64,000 nucleotides of DNA, taken from contig OX597814.1 in NCBI GenBank assembly GCA_951406725.2, forward strand, positions 134,912,001 to 134,976,000, read 5' to 3'. The position numbers were made by a program, and so were the translations under genes. The notes beneath the pieces were generated by a model. It was not told where the DNA came from. It ran no database searches and worked only from the letters and a program-made list of their open reading frames with translations. The stretch is from Octopus vulgaris. Taxonomy: Eukaryota. Numbering within the stretch: position 1 is the first letter of the stretch; each line of letters begins with the position of its first letter. Positions 28,001 through 43,000 of this stretch are shown piece after piece.

Positions 28001-31000
28001 TTCGTGTTATTGTATAACCATTATCATGCATTTGAGAATAAATTATTTCTGTATCTTTCAATACATCTCAACACTTCTAAAGCAAACTTTGTTTTCATCG
28101 TAAGTGGGTTGGAAAGATCTGCAGTAAAGTGCATTACTATTTTACTTCATTCAGAGAATCTGATCCTAGTATGATTAGTTAGTGTTTAGTTTAACCCTTT
28201 AGCATTTAAACTGGCCTAAACAGTCAATTGGTTTTCTGCTTAAACTGGCCAGATCCAGCCTATCACACCTAATTTACAATATTATTCTAAATATAAACAA
28301 TCACATCATCAAAATCTCAAAGCTAAAAGATAATGTAAGATTAATTGAAAACAATGTGAATCAATAAGTATTACATTTGACAGAATAAATCTGGATGCCA
28401 GAGGGTTAAATATTGTAGAGTAAAATTTTGGATGGGAAGTAATGAGCAACAAGAGATTTCTTCAAGATTGGAATACAAAAGTTATGAAGTAACAGTATAT
28501 ACAATGGAGCAGTAACTACTGAAACTGAAAAGATACACTTAAAACTTTCTTTGTATTGTTTCACTGAGTTCCTCCTCTCAGTGTTGCAGATGGGAGAGAT
28601 TAACATTGGCTGTTTTGTAACAATTGATTCAATTTGTAATTCAAAATTAAATGAGGTTGTAGTGCTTCTTGGCAAAAGTAATATTGTCAACATTGCATTA
28701 ACCATTAAGTAGTATATTTTGTGTAAAGAAGACTTGCAATTCCATACAAATATCAATGTAAACTGATATCATAGCACAGCCAACTTTTGCAGCTAATTGT
28801 TGGTCATTTCTGTTCTATGAAGAGCTTAGCTGTGCTCCATTTCACACACACACACACACAGAGGAGAAAAAAAAGCTTCACATAACATTAAAATAAGCAA
28901 AAGGAAGACAACTTGATGGTGGGTCATCATCATTATTATCATCAATTAATGTCCACTTGTCCATGTTTTCATGGGCTGGACAAAGTTTACTTAGCCAGAT
29001 TTTCTACAGCTAAATGCTCTTTCTGTTGTTAACCCATACCTGTATAAGGCAATATTCCTTCATGGTGGGCTTCTTTCAGTTCCCATTTACCAAATCCTCT
29101 CAAGGTTTTGGGCAGCCAGGAGCTATAGTAGAGGACATGCCCACAGTACCACACTATAGGACTGAACCTAAAACCATGTGGCTGGGAAGCAAATTTCTTA
29201 ACCACACAACCATGTCTGCATTGAGTACAAAAATTTGTGATGGGTTTATTTTTCAGATTGCAGTGTTCTGAAATTCATACAGTTCATGGATTAAGGCCAA
29301 GGAATTCCTTTATGATGTGAGACTAATAGTTTTAAGCACATCTGGCAAAGGATCAGTAACTGTCAAAGAGTAAAATAACTGAGTTGAGAATGAAGACCTT
29401 AGAGAGGTGACTAGAGAAAAAAAAAAAATGAAATAGGAAAACAGGTACAGCTTCTGCTATGATGATATCTGAAATAAGACAACTTACTTGTTGTAGACAG
29501 ATGGGCTTGCAGGAGAATTGGTATAGTTGGAGGGTTGGCTGCATCGAGTGGTAAAAGCACCTGGAAAATATTTACAATATGTTAGAAAGGGCAAGACAGA
29601 AATATTTCAGAATACATTTAAAAGTAATTTCTTTAAACTAATGCACTTAATTCTTCAAATAAAAAAAAAATATAAAAAAGACTTATTTTTGCTACTCTTC
29701 ACTGGTAAGTGTGTTGCTAAGTTAACATATGTTTTGTGAATTATAAAAAAAGTGTGTGTGGAATTTATTCTGTTTCAAATGATACAATATCTTTAAAGAC
29801 CTGCAGTGCACACATTTTCAGTTAAGTAATATCTGTTGTGTCAATAAGAGATTCTCTACATTTTTGTTCAATCTGTGAGATACAGCAGTCATACTGTCCT
29901 AAATTTCACACTCAGCCAATGAAAAAGAAAGAAAGAAAGAAAAAAAAAATACCAGGATGGTTACACTGGTTTTTGAGTTGGAGCTGACCTGAGAATAAAT
30001 GAGCAATACCTGATAGTCCATGGTCTGCAAAAAGGTTGAATTCATTCCATTTATTTTCAACTGGACTGGCAGGAGAGCTACAAGACTTGTTAGACTTCTG
30101 TACAGAAGCTGATGGTCCGATAAGCATGTGAGTGTTGTTAGTATTGTCAATGTTGTTGTTGTTGCTGACCACACTGCTATAACTGCTTGACCGGCTACTA
30201 ACAGAACTGCTGGCAGGAGAGCTTGGTAATGGAGATGATGAGATCTCTGTGGTGCTGGGATAAAAAGAAGGTGTGCTCAATGCAGTCTGAATCGGAGACG
30301 ATGTATAGGAACGGTTGTGTTGAAGGGCAAAATTTTCTGTTTGACTTGCTAAATCACTGAGGTCTCCTAGAAAAAATAAAACAATGCAGTCAGTGATGAG
30401 AAGGGAAAATGTTTGATATGAAATTACTATTTCAGGAGAAACATGGGATTACAAATTGACAGCAAACAAGAAAGTCTTCAAAGAGCATTCTTACCAATGG
30501 GTGCCACACGAGCTGGTGTGTCCCATGGATCTTTACATTTCCGCATATAATCACTCTCAGATCGGCTAGAAGCATTATCATCTGGAAAAGGAAAGATTGA
30601 GAAGATGAATTAAGAAAATATAAAAATTAAAACACAAGGAGCAAAAAATTAAGAAAATAAAAGTGGTAATAGAGAATAAGGCAAGTGTAACAGTTTACAA
30701 AGATCTAAACTTAGTGAAGATTGGGTGGACTTATTGCTTGTAATACTGGCAAATAGTGGTTGTTTGTATTATAACAAAAAGGTTTGGAATGGTGCATACC
30801 TTCAGAGCTTGTGGTGTACCCAAGCCTGGCTTTTCCTTTATTCTGTCTAGGGGCCTTTTTAGTTTTGTTGACTACTTCCACAGTGTATTCCTTTCTCTCA
30901 GGAGATTTCTTAGGTTCCAGATTATAAGGTAGAGCCAGTGTACTGAAATAAAAAGTAGTCAATATATTAGATAGGGAGTTATGCATCTACAATGTTTACT

Positions 31001-34000
31001 TAAAATCCCCAAATAGTCTACGAAAAGAGGTTCGCCTAATAAAACCCATAGCAGAGCTATATATCCTTCACTACATTTCTTCTTTAAACACTTTAACAGA
31101 CAATGGATTTTTTCCTTTTAAAAAGACTCATGATCTTTTCAGGTGTCCAACATGTGACATTTTAAATGAAGCTCTAATCAGCTCATTTTTACTGACCAAA
31201 CTATTTTGACACCCTTCTCTAAGACAATATGAACCCAACAAACTTTATCTTGTTCAGTAACAATCATGCTGCTTTGTCCTATAGATTTAGATATATACAC
31301 AAACTCTCAAAATATTCCCACTCTCATAAAAGCTTACAGCATTTCTTGTACTCAAAATCAGTTAAAATTTCGGACATATGTATGAGCCCTCTATAGGCTG
31401 CCCATTGGCAAGGGATAACATCTGTTCAGCCATCCTGCCAGGTTACAGTTAAGTCATGGGACTGCAACATTGTGGACTGTGAAGAGCTCAACTGAGCCAA
31501 TGGTGCTTCTTATGTTGAAGCTGAGCAGAGGAATCCTAGAAAATCAACTATCAGGACCACCAAACTGTCAAGAGGGTAACTGCAATGCATCCATAGAAGT
31601 GGCGTCCATGGTTGTAATCAACTAATGAAAGATTCACTTTGACTCAAGTCTCCAATTCAAATTCATAATGAAATTGGATGATGACAGAGTTATGGGAAGC
31701 TGCAAAAGCAGCAAAAAAAAAAAAAAAAAATCTTACTTAGGTTTCCAGATATTTCCACCATAAGTATCTTTGGGGTTCACTTTTATTTTCTTGTGAGCTT
31801 TTGATCGTGTAGTCAACTCAAAATCATCATCAGCATAGACAATGTCTTCAATAATTGGAGAATGTTTCTCAACTGGTTTGGATTTCTTGGACTTGGATTT
31901 TGATACCTCCGAAAAATTGTTGGAATTATTACTTGCTTCCCTGGAACAATTCTAGAAAGGAATAAACAATATTAATTTTAAAAATAATCTTTACTAGTAG
32001 ACACAAGGATTGAAATTTTAGGGAAGGTAGGCTAGTTGATTACATTAACTCCATTGCTCAACTGGTATTTGTTTTATGAACCCTGAAAGGATAAAAGGCA
32101 ATGTTGGCCTTGGTAGCATTTGAATTCAGAACATAAAGCTGGATGAAATGCCACTAAGCATTTTGTCCAATGTGTTAATGATTCTGCCAGTTCACCACCT
32201 TAAATTCTAAAAATAACCTGCTAACAGTAGAGCATTCACCCATCTTTTATAGTATAACTCAACTTGTGTTGGATCATGCTGGAAATCCAAGACATTTGCA
32301 TGAGTTACATAAGAGATATATAGTTAACAATTTTATTAGGTGTTTAATATCCAGGAGATAATGTAGCAGCTTAGCAAACTCTAAAGCGAGAAAAAAAAAA
32401 AAAAGCATACAAAACCTTTTCTTCAAAATCACCCGTGGAAGATTCTGTTGTTGTAGATGATGTTTCATCTTTCTCATCTGTTACATCTTTCATTGTGGTA
32501 AATTGGGACTTCGTATTCTGTTCTTTGTTTTCTTGCTTATTTTTCTTCTTTCTGTTCTTTCCATTTTTATTTGTTTGGACTGCAGTAAAACAGGACATGA
32601 AATATTTGAATAAGAAAAAGCCAAGTGCATATAAGAAGGTGATGTTGATTAAATCAAGTCCAGTTTATTACTGATAGCTTTATCAACCCAAAAGATATAA
32701 GTTAACTGGTAATTCAAACACAAAGCAACAAAGCTCAGTCTAAGTTTTCTCACAAAACACCTGAAGTTGACTTATTTGCATTATCACTCTACTCCATCAT
32801 TCAGTTCTAATATAGATGATTGAAAATACATAATATCTCCAGTGTCAGGAAGTTAAACACCAAAACATTTGGCAATGTTAGGAGAACAGTAACTGAATAA
32901 GAATTATATAAACAACCTGTCCAATCCATGTCTGTATGAAATGCAGACATAAATGAAGATGATGACTGTAATTAATTTTCATAGAAATCTAACTCTTAAT
33001 TTGAAAAGGATTTAAGAACAATCATCTGCTAACCTGTTTTAGATTACAAGCTCATAGCAAAAGAAGTTTGTAATGAAACTTTGAAGAAATTCAGTCAAAA
33101 ACAATTAAATCTTAAGACATTGGGATGAGAGTATTAGTTGTAATACTTTACAAACAATCACAAAGAATGCAAGCTACACTTGGTGGAGTGTAGTCAGAAG
33201 CATAAATAACAAAGCAAGTTTAAAAAAAGAAAAAAAACAACTTTTTAGTACTAAAAAGAAAAAGACTTCTTTACCTTCTGCTTTGACAGGTGTTGGTTTG
33301 TCTTCTTCAATTACAGAGCAAGTGTTCCCACGTCGTTCTTCACTAGATATTCTCCCATTACTGTTTAGCTTTGTTTCAAATGAAGAAGAGTTGAAGTCTT
33401 TTGTATCATAATTTGATTTTCTAGATTGGTTTGTATCAGTGTTAGAAACATTTTTTTTATCACTGAATTCTGTTGAGTTGAGATCATTGTTGCACCGTTT
33501 ACCTGGGCGTGTCTTTTTTCTAACTACATTGTTCTGGCCACTGTTACTACGTTCACTGAAGTCTTCAGAAGAATTTGCTGAACAGTTTTTCACATCATAT
33601 ATGGCAGCTTTTAAATTGTTTGATAAGTCTTTTGTATCTTTTTCATGAGAATTCACTTTTAAAATATTTGGCTTTCTCTTGTAACCAAATATTGAAAATA
33701 TGGTAGGAAGCTTTTTAAATAAATAATTTGCTTTAAATGTCCACTGTTTGTCCCTCTTGTTATTTGTGTGGTCTGTGTGATTTGTTGAACTCTCAGGAAG
33801 CAAGCGTGAAGCACGACCCTCTGTAACTACAGAAGAGTTTTGTGGTAGCGTTTTAGAAACAGATGAAAGCCCAGAGATATTTTTCAGATCAAATGCTTTA
33901 CCCTTCTCATATGGCTGTGTACCATTTAACACTTTGAGTTTTCGTCTGTAAGAGTCTGCCACACAAATGCGCTTTGCTTCAAGATAGGCTGTAATAAATA

Positions 34001-37000
34001 CACACAGAGTGAGCACAACAATTATACAAATAAAGGCATAGTAGAGACCCATTTCCCAACTTGGGCGAGGTAGGGCAGCAGCGCATCTGGCTAGCATATA
34101 GGGAGGTACAGTAGCCTGCAAAGTAAAGTTCACTGGTGGCCCTAAACTTGTAGAGATTGTAAGAACACGACGAATACGAGACATGGTGAAGTCAGGAGTG
34201 AAACTGAAATGGGAAAAAATAAAAAAATTTAGTTAGGAAATTGATAATAGATTATATAAAATGATGCAACTTCACTCTGATTAAATACTTACGCAATATC
34301 TATTTTCTGACTACCATTAGGGAGCAGCTCAAAGCCAGCACAGTCTAACACTTTGAAACCATATCCTTCACAAGGTGAAGAATTTATGCTGAATCCATGT
34401 ACATAAAATGGTAATTCTCCTGTGTTTCGCATTGTAAACATTCTTTTCACAGTAAAATGAGGCAATGAGTTTTTACCCTGCTTTTTTTCTATAAAAAAAA
34501 AGAAGAAAAAAATTAGTTTAAAAAAATTTATTTCAAGGTTTCACATCAAGTATAACATGTTAAGCAAATAGATTGTGATGAATTGTGTGAGTGAACTCTT
34601 CTTACTGCTACCTCCTCTACCATAAAATAAGAGTAGGACCCCATTTAACAGGGTAATATATTACATCATGACCAACCTAGTATTACATCTTCACCAGCAA
34701 CTATAATTCACCAGTCCAAAAAGAATACCATTTGTTTAACAATTTTTTTATGTCTATTGTGATGGAGCAACACATTACAGGGCAATTTTAATGCAGATAT
34801 CACTCCTTTGAATAGATAGCTTTCAACAGTCGTTCAATGTAGTAAACAGAAAATCAATGCTGGAGGGCAGTAAGATGAGGAGCCACAAAGAAACAAGAAG
34901 AGGAAGGCATGAGGTTCGGTAGGTGCAGAAATTGGAAGTGTTGACTGAAGGTGATTCTTAATTTCTAAAGGACTTGATTAAAATTAACAGTAGTTCAGTT
35001 GAGTCAACAGAAGCATGGTGTTAGAAGGTGAAGACATAATACTTACTATCACAGTTCTTTAAATGTTTCTCTGTCATCTCAAAGAGTAGTGGTGTTCGAG
35101 AGCCAGCCTTTCTGTTACTGAATCTCATTTCTCCCTGACCACCCTGACCCTGTACCACAAGACTGTCTATTATTGTTAAGTTGTTTCTGAAACAAACAAG
35201 ATCCAAAATGTTACTGAGAATGGCAATAATAATTGAAGACTAATATTTTTCATTAAGAAGATAGGAGAAATGAAAAAAAAAACAAACCCTCCTCAATGAA
35301 GCAAAGCATCTTTACCTTGCCAAAGCATAAACAAATTGCTAAGAAATTTCTACTACATTATACACTTATTGTCAATTTTTACAATGACCATAAAATTTAC
35401 ACTAGACACTTCAGCTGAACATGAATATTTAATTTGACTGGGCACAAAGATATTGACAGAAAGCTAAGCATATATGTTGAATGCAAATGTCATTAAAAGC
35501 TAACTACTTCATTTATCTTGCCTCTGGTATAGGATTTAACTCAAAACTGAAATATACCAAAAAAGCACACAATAAAGCATCTATCTAATTATGTTTACTA
35601 TCTACACCTATAAAACTATAATTTGTAACTATATCAAAATGAAAATATATTTTTCTCAGTATCAAGAGTTAGTTGTAGGAAAATACTCTAACAAACCTTA
35701 TAATGATTAGAGAAGTTCTAGATAGATCATCTTTAGGACGAAATCCTACTTGGAATTTTAACTTTGTTCCTGGGCTGAGGAGGGCTGTGATTGTTTCTTT
35801 GTGAGGTTTGATACCTAAAGTGTTTTCTATGTGTTTGCGGTATCGGTGGAGCTGGGAATTTGGCTGCAATTTAAAGGGTTAACATGTTACAAAAAGTTTC
35901 AAACACAGATATAGCAAAAATACAACATTTCAATTAGTATAATTTTCAGTTAGCAAACAGAACTTAATAATTCAGAAAATTTAACTTTTAGCTTAATATT
36001 TTACAGAGCAAAATAGATTAAAATACAAACTGTAGAATAGGAGTGTTCAAGATCTGGCAAGATGAAAATATCTCTATCATCTGTTTCTATGTAATCTGAG
36101 AGATCGGATGCAAGTCTGTTAAAAGAAAATAATTCGTCTTAGTAAGGAATAGTTACTTATTGTCTATTTACAAGAGAACAAAACCAGCACCAGGACTATC
36201 AAAGCTGATCTGAAGGCTCAACAACATTAGTAGTATGCCAACAGTGACCTATCCCCTTTTCTTATCCAGTTTTAATTAATTCATTCACAACAACCATCAT
36301 TACTGCATCAAGACTCACTGATTATCTGTTACTATCAACATAGTATATAGCTAACTGGTTCCTACCATACCAACTGTGACACTAGATAAGAAACATAATT
36401 TCTAGTTTTCTTAGTTGCTCTTAGTGAATTTTGGAACAGCAGTGTGATGTGGATAAAAAAAAATTTTAACCTTAATTATCAATAGTAAGAATGTGATTCC
36501 TGATTGCTTCATATGCCAAAGATAACACTGCATATACCCATGGCTCACTTTCAGATTAAACCTAACATTTCCACAATGAACATCTGCACTAATAATTTGC
36601 ACATGATGTCTTAGTTGCAGAACTAAGGGAACAGAAAACCTGCTCTGTTTCAATAAACCTTGATCTCACTATAAAATAGATAGGATTTTCTGTGTTGCCA
36701 TGTCATTTGTAGAGTTATTACAAAACCATTTTCAGCATCGCATGCTCGTGCTCTTTCCAAAATTTGCACCATAACGCCCTCAAGAGTTTCAGACCCCACT
36801 TCTGATTTCTCTATTGATGTTCTTCCGTTGCATCAGGGTCTCCGGTTTGTTGACGTAAATCCTGCCTTTCAGGTATCCCGACAACAAAAAATCCAGGCTA
36901 GAGAAGTCTGGGGAATGTGAAGGCTATCAAAGTAGATTTCACACATGGTTCCAGCAAGATGGGTCAATTGCTCATACCGCAAGAGAAACAATACAGTTGC

Positions 37001-40000
37001 TACGGCAGTGCTTTGGAGAGAGAATAATTTCCTGCTATGTCATTAACTGGCCTTCACGTTCCCCAGACTTAACTAGCCTGGACTTTTTCTTGTGGGGATA
37101 CCTGAAAGAGAGGGTTTACGGCAACAAACCAGAGACCCTGGTGCAACTGAAGGAGAACATCAATAGAGAAATCAGAGAAGTGGGGTCTGAAACTCTTGAG
37201 GGTGTTTTGGTGCAAGTTTTGGAAAGAGCATGGGTGTGTGAAGCCAAGAATGGCTGCCATTTAAATGATGTCATTTTTTCATATGTGATGTAGTGGTGTT
37301 GCAAAATTTGACTTGTGCATATCAATTTCCATCATGTTCTTTATATTGTATCAAAATTTCAAGAATTTATTTGTAAAGTTAAGGAAGTTATGAAATGAAA
37401 CCCATCAGTGACTTTTGGGACACCCTATTAGCAATGCACAATCATAAAGTGCTTTATACGCACTTTTGACAAACTGTGGTGCACCTGAGCATTGTATACA
37501 ATAATTTCATTATTATTATTATTAAAACACTTGCTGCAACAATTCATATCAAATGTTTCAATTTCAAAATTGTCCAATACTAGGAAAATAATTTACTGGT
37601 TCCTTTTATAACAGCTACTAGGCGTTACTCTTCTAGATAACTACAGAGTTTTCATCTCTATATAATATTGAGTGTATCATAGCCTATAACTAACTGGTTT
37701 TTCTTTCCTTTACAAAAGAAAACGAGGATAAAATTAAATGTTTAGTAATTTTTGCTTCAGCTGGATCATGATCCACATTTTAAATGAGAAATAACATACC
37801 TATTACTCATAAGGTCAACAATAGTTTGCGGGTTTGGATAGACAGGTAAAGTAAAGATTTGTATCAGAACTGGCACATCCCCAGGGTTTTCTACAATGAA
37901 ATCTGATAACTAAAGAAAAAACAAAAAAATAAAAGTTAGTTACAAAAATTATACAGTTCAGAAAGATCCAAACAGTAATTGTGTAATTTCTGACACTACA
38001 CATACACATTAAGAATTAGTTAACACATAATTATATGGTTGACAGATCAAGAAATACAAAGGCAAATAGAGAAACAGCTAAATCCATTAATACCTAGAAT
38101 TAAAACAAAGATATCTAAAATGTTACTTACTGACACATTCCCAATCTGAGTAAGAGGAAATTTTATTTTACACTTCCTTATTAAGGCTGGCCAATAGAGA
38201 TGTGCTTGTGCCGAAAAGAGAAAACCTCGCACTTGATTAGTGTCTAGCTCTATTGTTACATTGGCCCTACAGATAAAAAAAAAAATTGCAACAGATATAA
38301 TAGAAGTTAATAAATGAGGAACAAAGAATGCAAAGATTCTGACTACTTGTGAAGATTACTTACGTGCTTTGATCCACTCGTGCAACACGATCCCATTTCT
38401 GTTGAAGATGTGTATATAAATATTGGTCTGTGTCTGCAACTTCTCTGTCTAACTCCAAACCCAGTAACCATTGGTGACCAGCTAAAAGAAGAAAATGTAA
38501 ATGCAATTTAATTTTATGAAAGTTAGTGTCTCCAAAATGAGAATTTGTGCACATGCACTAAGATTCTCTCCCTCTCCCCAAAGGTAAATTAAGTGATGTA
38601 GACAGTGAAACGAGATTTATACTGTGAGATAAGGCCAGCATTTTAGACATAATTTTTTGTCAAAGAAGTGATTACCAGTTTTGAAAGATAAAGAGATCAG
38701 GATTAGTGAAAGAGAGGTAAAGGAATAGGAAAGGAAGTAGTGTGGGCAGGAGGAAGAGGCAGTAATTGTTAGTGGAAAGGAGTAAGAGTTAAATTAAGGA
38801 GAAAATAAAAGGAACATCAGACTTGTTACCTATCCCTCTTTTCTAGTTAATTTCAATTTACCCTTTAAAACAGTGCTTTCAACCCTTTGCAGTTCAACAC
38901 CCCTCTTCACTGTATGGTACTTTGAAAATTTCCCCACCATATTTTGGATCCCTCCACCTTCATTTGTGCAGTGGCTTATTACACACATTTTCTTATACAT
39001 TTGCAAGGACTAGACCCCCCCCCACTTGTTAAATTTTTATAGAAATAAGAGATAAAGACATATGTAATCTCCAAATATAATAATGAGCGTAGTGTTTTCA
39101 AATATTTGTGTGTATATATATGTGTATATATACACACACACAGACACCATATTTGTGTGTGTATATACATATATATGTTCAAAATCACACTACTGCATGG
39201 GTGAAGGGAGAGGAGAGAAAACAGTAATTCAGTGAAGGAGAAGTAGTGAGAGTAATACCCATGACTGATAGAGAGTGACAGAAAGTAATAGCAATGAGAG
39301 AGGAAGCGGCAAAGAGAGCGTCATGTATCTTCTACTATAATAATACTCCTGTATTTCTCTGACACAACATATGAATGAGAAAGGAAGGGGTGATCCACTG
39401 ATGGAAGTGGGATGGTGAAAAGTCAACGGTGAAACAAAAATCAAACAGCGCTTCAACTCTGTATGTGTATGTGTGCGTGCAAAAGGGAGGAATGTAAATG
39501 TTTGTGTAAAATATATCTATATATTTGAGTGACATGTGTATGTTTATTTAGAAAGTACATAGAAAATAGAATTACAGACACGTGCATTTACATATAGACA
39601 CACACACTTATAAACAGACGCGCTTAGAAGGAAGGAAGTGGGCTGTAACAAAGTATAGAAAACTGCGTTCGCTACAGACTGTGCTACTCATACATATAAA
39701 TGTATACATATGCACACACACACAGAGTTGAAACTGATTTTTTTTCCACCTTTTTGTACCCTTTTACATATTACAATTAGCTGTCATTTTTGACAGCATG
39801 GGGCCAGCTAGAGAAACTATAAAGACTATTAGTGCATCACCAGCCATATTTTCTGATTTTTGCTAACACAATGTCATTCATATATTCTAACACCAACAAA
39901 AGATTGTTTTTGAAAAAGTGTTTAAAATGTAAGTGCTCCTTTGTGAGAACTCACAATGTTCCTGGGGCTCTACTTTCTTGGTTTAGAAGCATTGCTTTAA

Positions 40001-43000
40001 AACTAGTGAGCATTTCTTCTCTTCCAAAGAAGGGTTCTGTCTGAAACAGCAGACTTTGTTCAGTATGTTTTCAAATTTACTGTCCCAATCATCCTTATTC
40101 TTGCTAAGGTAGAACATCAGTATACATAGATTCTACCATTTATACTAATTATCTAATGTTTGTGTCTGAAAGGCACTGCAGTATTGTAGGGATATAGCAG
40201 GCAAATTATAAGGTCTACAGAAATTAGCAAGAAACAAGTTGAATATGGCCTGAAAGGTGTGCAATAAGAAACACAGAACTGGAAATGATAAAGTGAGTTA
40301 ACAGTCAAAATATAAATTGAAATCTAAATACACACACACATGCTAAACATACTAAATTTTTGTAGAGTAATGAATTGAAGAGGAAAGTATTAAGTATAAA
40401 TACCTGGAGTATGTGTGGGTAAACCTACATAGCATTCTTCATCACATCCCCTCTTGGCATCAAAATATATTCTACCAATCTGGAGTGTAAAAAAAAATAG
40501 TGTACAGGAATTTTATAAATTATATGAAAAATTTACAAAACAAAAACATTACACAAAAAATAGAAAAACAAGCCCAAATCCCACCCCGCTTCTCCCTTGT
40601 GACAAAAGAAGTCCCTAAAGCATAGCATTCCAAAGTGGGCGATATTTCCCCCAAAAGAGGGCAAAGGGTGAATTTGTAGAAAATGGGCGATATGAACATT
40701 TTGCGGGTGACAATGAATTTTTAGAAATTAAGTCTGCATTTACTGATATCTAGGTATCAGTTTGTGGTGCCATCAGAGTATATTGAATTCCTACCTCAGT
40801 CTGTGGAAACATCTGAAATTACTTTTGTTTGTCCTTCCTACCTCATACCTGGTTGAATCTGATTTTAACCATATTAGAGCTTTACTTTCCCAAAAAAGAA
40901 TTGGACTGGATGTGACACAATGAGGAAACTTGCAACTGAAGTTTTAATCTGTCTGCATAATATAGAGTTAAATTTAGAATTTTATTCACACTAATGGCAA
41001 AACTAAACCCACAATAAGGGATTTGTAAACAACCACATATTTGGTCCAAACAGCACTAACAGGACAACGAGTCTATGATATAGTGTGTGCCAAATAATAC
41101 AAAAGGGTGTTTTCCTAGGGGATTTTGCGCTGGTGGAGGAGTGTGTGTGTGTGTCAAGGTTATTATTATTTTTTTTTTTTTTTTACACAGGTGGGCAATG
41201 GAGCATTTTTTGGCTGATAGGTGGGTGATATTGTAATTTGGCATGAAAAGTTTGGGAAACACTGCCCTAAAGTAATACACACACGCTACAGAAAAAAATT
41301 AAGGGAAAAAATTTTTTTAAATACCCAGAGGAGAGTAAAGTAAAAAAGTAGAAAATAAAAAGGAGTGAAAATGGAGAAATGAAAGAAGCCAAGAGTTAAG
41401 ACGTAGCAGCAGCAAGAGTAAAAGAAACATACTCTGTTATATTTTAAAGGTTCCAATATTACTTGTCCATCTGAAGCTGGTCTGTAATAGAAGCGTGAGT
41501 CTGCTGGTCGAAATGATACTTGTGTCACTTTCATATATGCTTCAAAGGTGCTATGAATTTGTAATACCTTATATGGAATCTTTCCCTAGTGAAAGAAAGA
41601 ATAAATAAAAACATTAAATCAGATGAGAAAGCAGTAACTAGATGGAGATAAGCTAATGAAGAAATCTTTACACAAATAGGAATAGTAAAATTGCTAAAAC
41701 CACATCCTTATAACTAAAACTGACAATGTAATCTAGATATACAAAGAGACAAAAAGTTATTGGCTGGAAAGTCTTTGAAATTATGTTTACCCTTTCGAGG
41801 TTAGCCTGGGTTTAAAGTAGAACTTGGTGAAAATACTGATGTTTGTTTCTGATGGAGAATGAAAGAATCAGCCAAGGTAAAATGGAACATTATCATAAGA
41901 TGGAGAATGGATTATAAAGGGATAAATATAGAAGATACAAATCAGATGGGAACCTCAATGGAAACAGCTGAACTATGAATTAATGTGCATATTAGTGTAT
42001 TGAGAGAGAAGTCAAGCATAAGAGGAATTAGATGCAGTATGCAAGAGAGAAACTGCACTGGTCTGGTCATGTGATGTGGCTGGAAGCCAACAGCTCCATA
42101 AAGAAGTGTCCTTCAAAGTGAATGGAACTTGTGGGAGAAGGTTACCTAGGAAGACATGGGATGAAGTACTGAAGGACAACCTCAGGATGCTGAACTTTTC
42201 AGATGAGATGACAAAGGACTGAGATATCTGGTGCCTTGCAGTACTCAAGAAGACCCACCCTCCACAGCATAAGTATTAAGGCTGCATCTCTTGGTGAAGA
42301 GGATCAGTCTGCAAGAGTCCTGTGCTGGTGCCACGTAAAAAGTGCCAAATAAAAGTGCTTGTGCTGGTACCATGTCAAAAGCACCCAGCACACTGTAAAA
42401 TGGTTGGCATTGGGAATGGCATCTAGCCATAGAAACCAAACCAAATCAGACTAGAACCTGGTGCAGCTCTCTGGCTTGCTGGCTCTGGTCAAACCAACCA
42501 ACCCATGTCAGCATGGAAAATGGACATTAAAGGATGATGATTACAGAACTAAAAACTGTGACTTTTTAGAAATAAAACCAGGAGTGTGTATCTTCATATA
42601 CTAACAACTGAGCTATGCATACATATTGGAGTATATAGCAATCATCGCACTTAAATTCTAAAATATTATATTAATCATTATTGGTGATTCTGAAGAATAA
42701 CTTAGCCATATTGACATCAGAATCAATCACTAGATTAAAATAAAGAAAAAAGTATTTGCAAAGCATAATGGTTTAACAAAATTAAAATTCCTGTAATTAG
42801 TTATAAAATTGGGAGAAAAAAAGTCGTATGAAACAGGTGTTATCACTTACTGGATATACTCTATCAAAAATAAGTTTTTCTGGAATAGCATTTAAACTTC
42901 CTTTTGCAGTTCTGAGTGATACTGGTATAAATAGGGTCTATAAAAAAAAAATCCAGTTGGTTAGAACAGCTTCAACAATTTTATATAGAGGAAGATTTAT

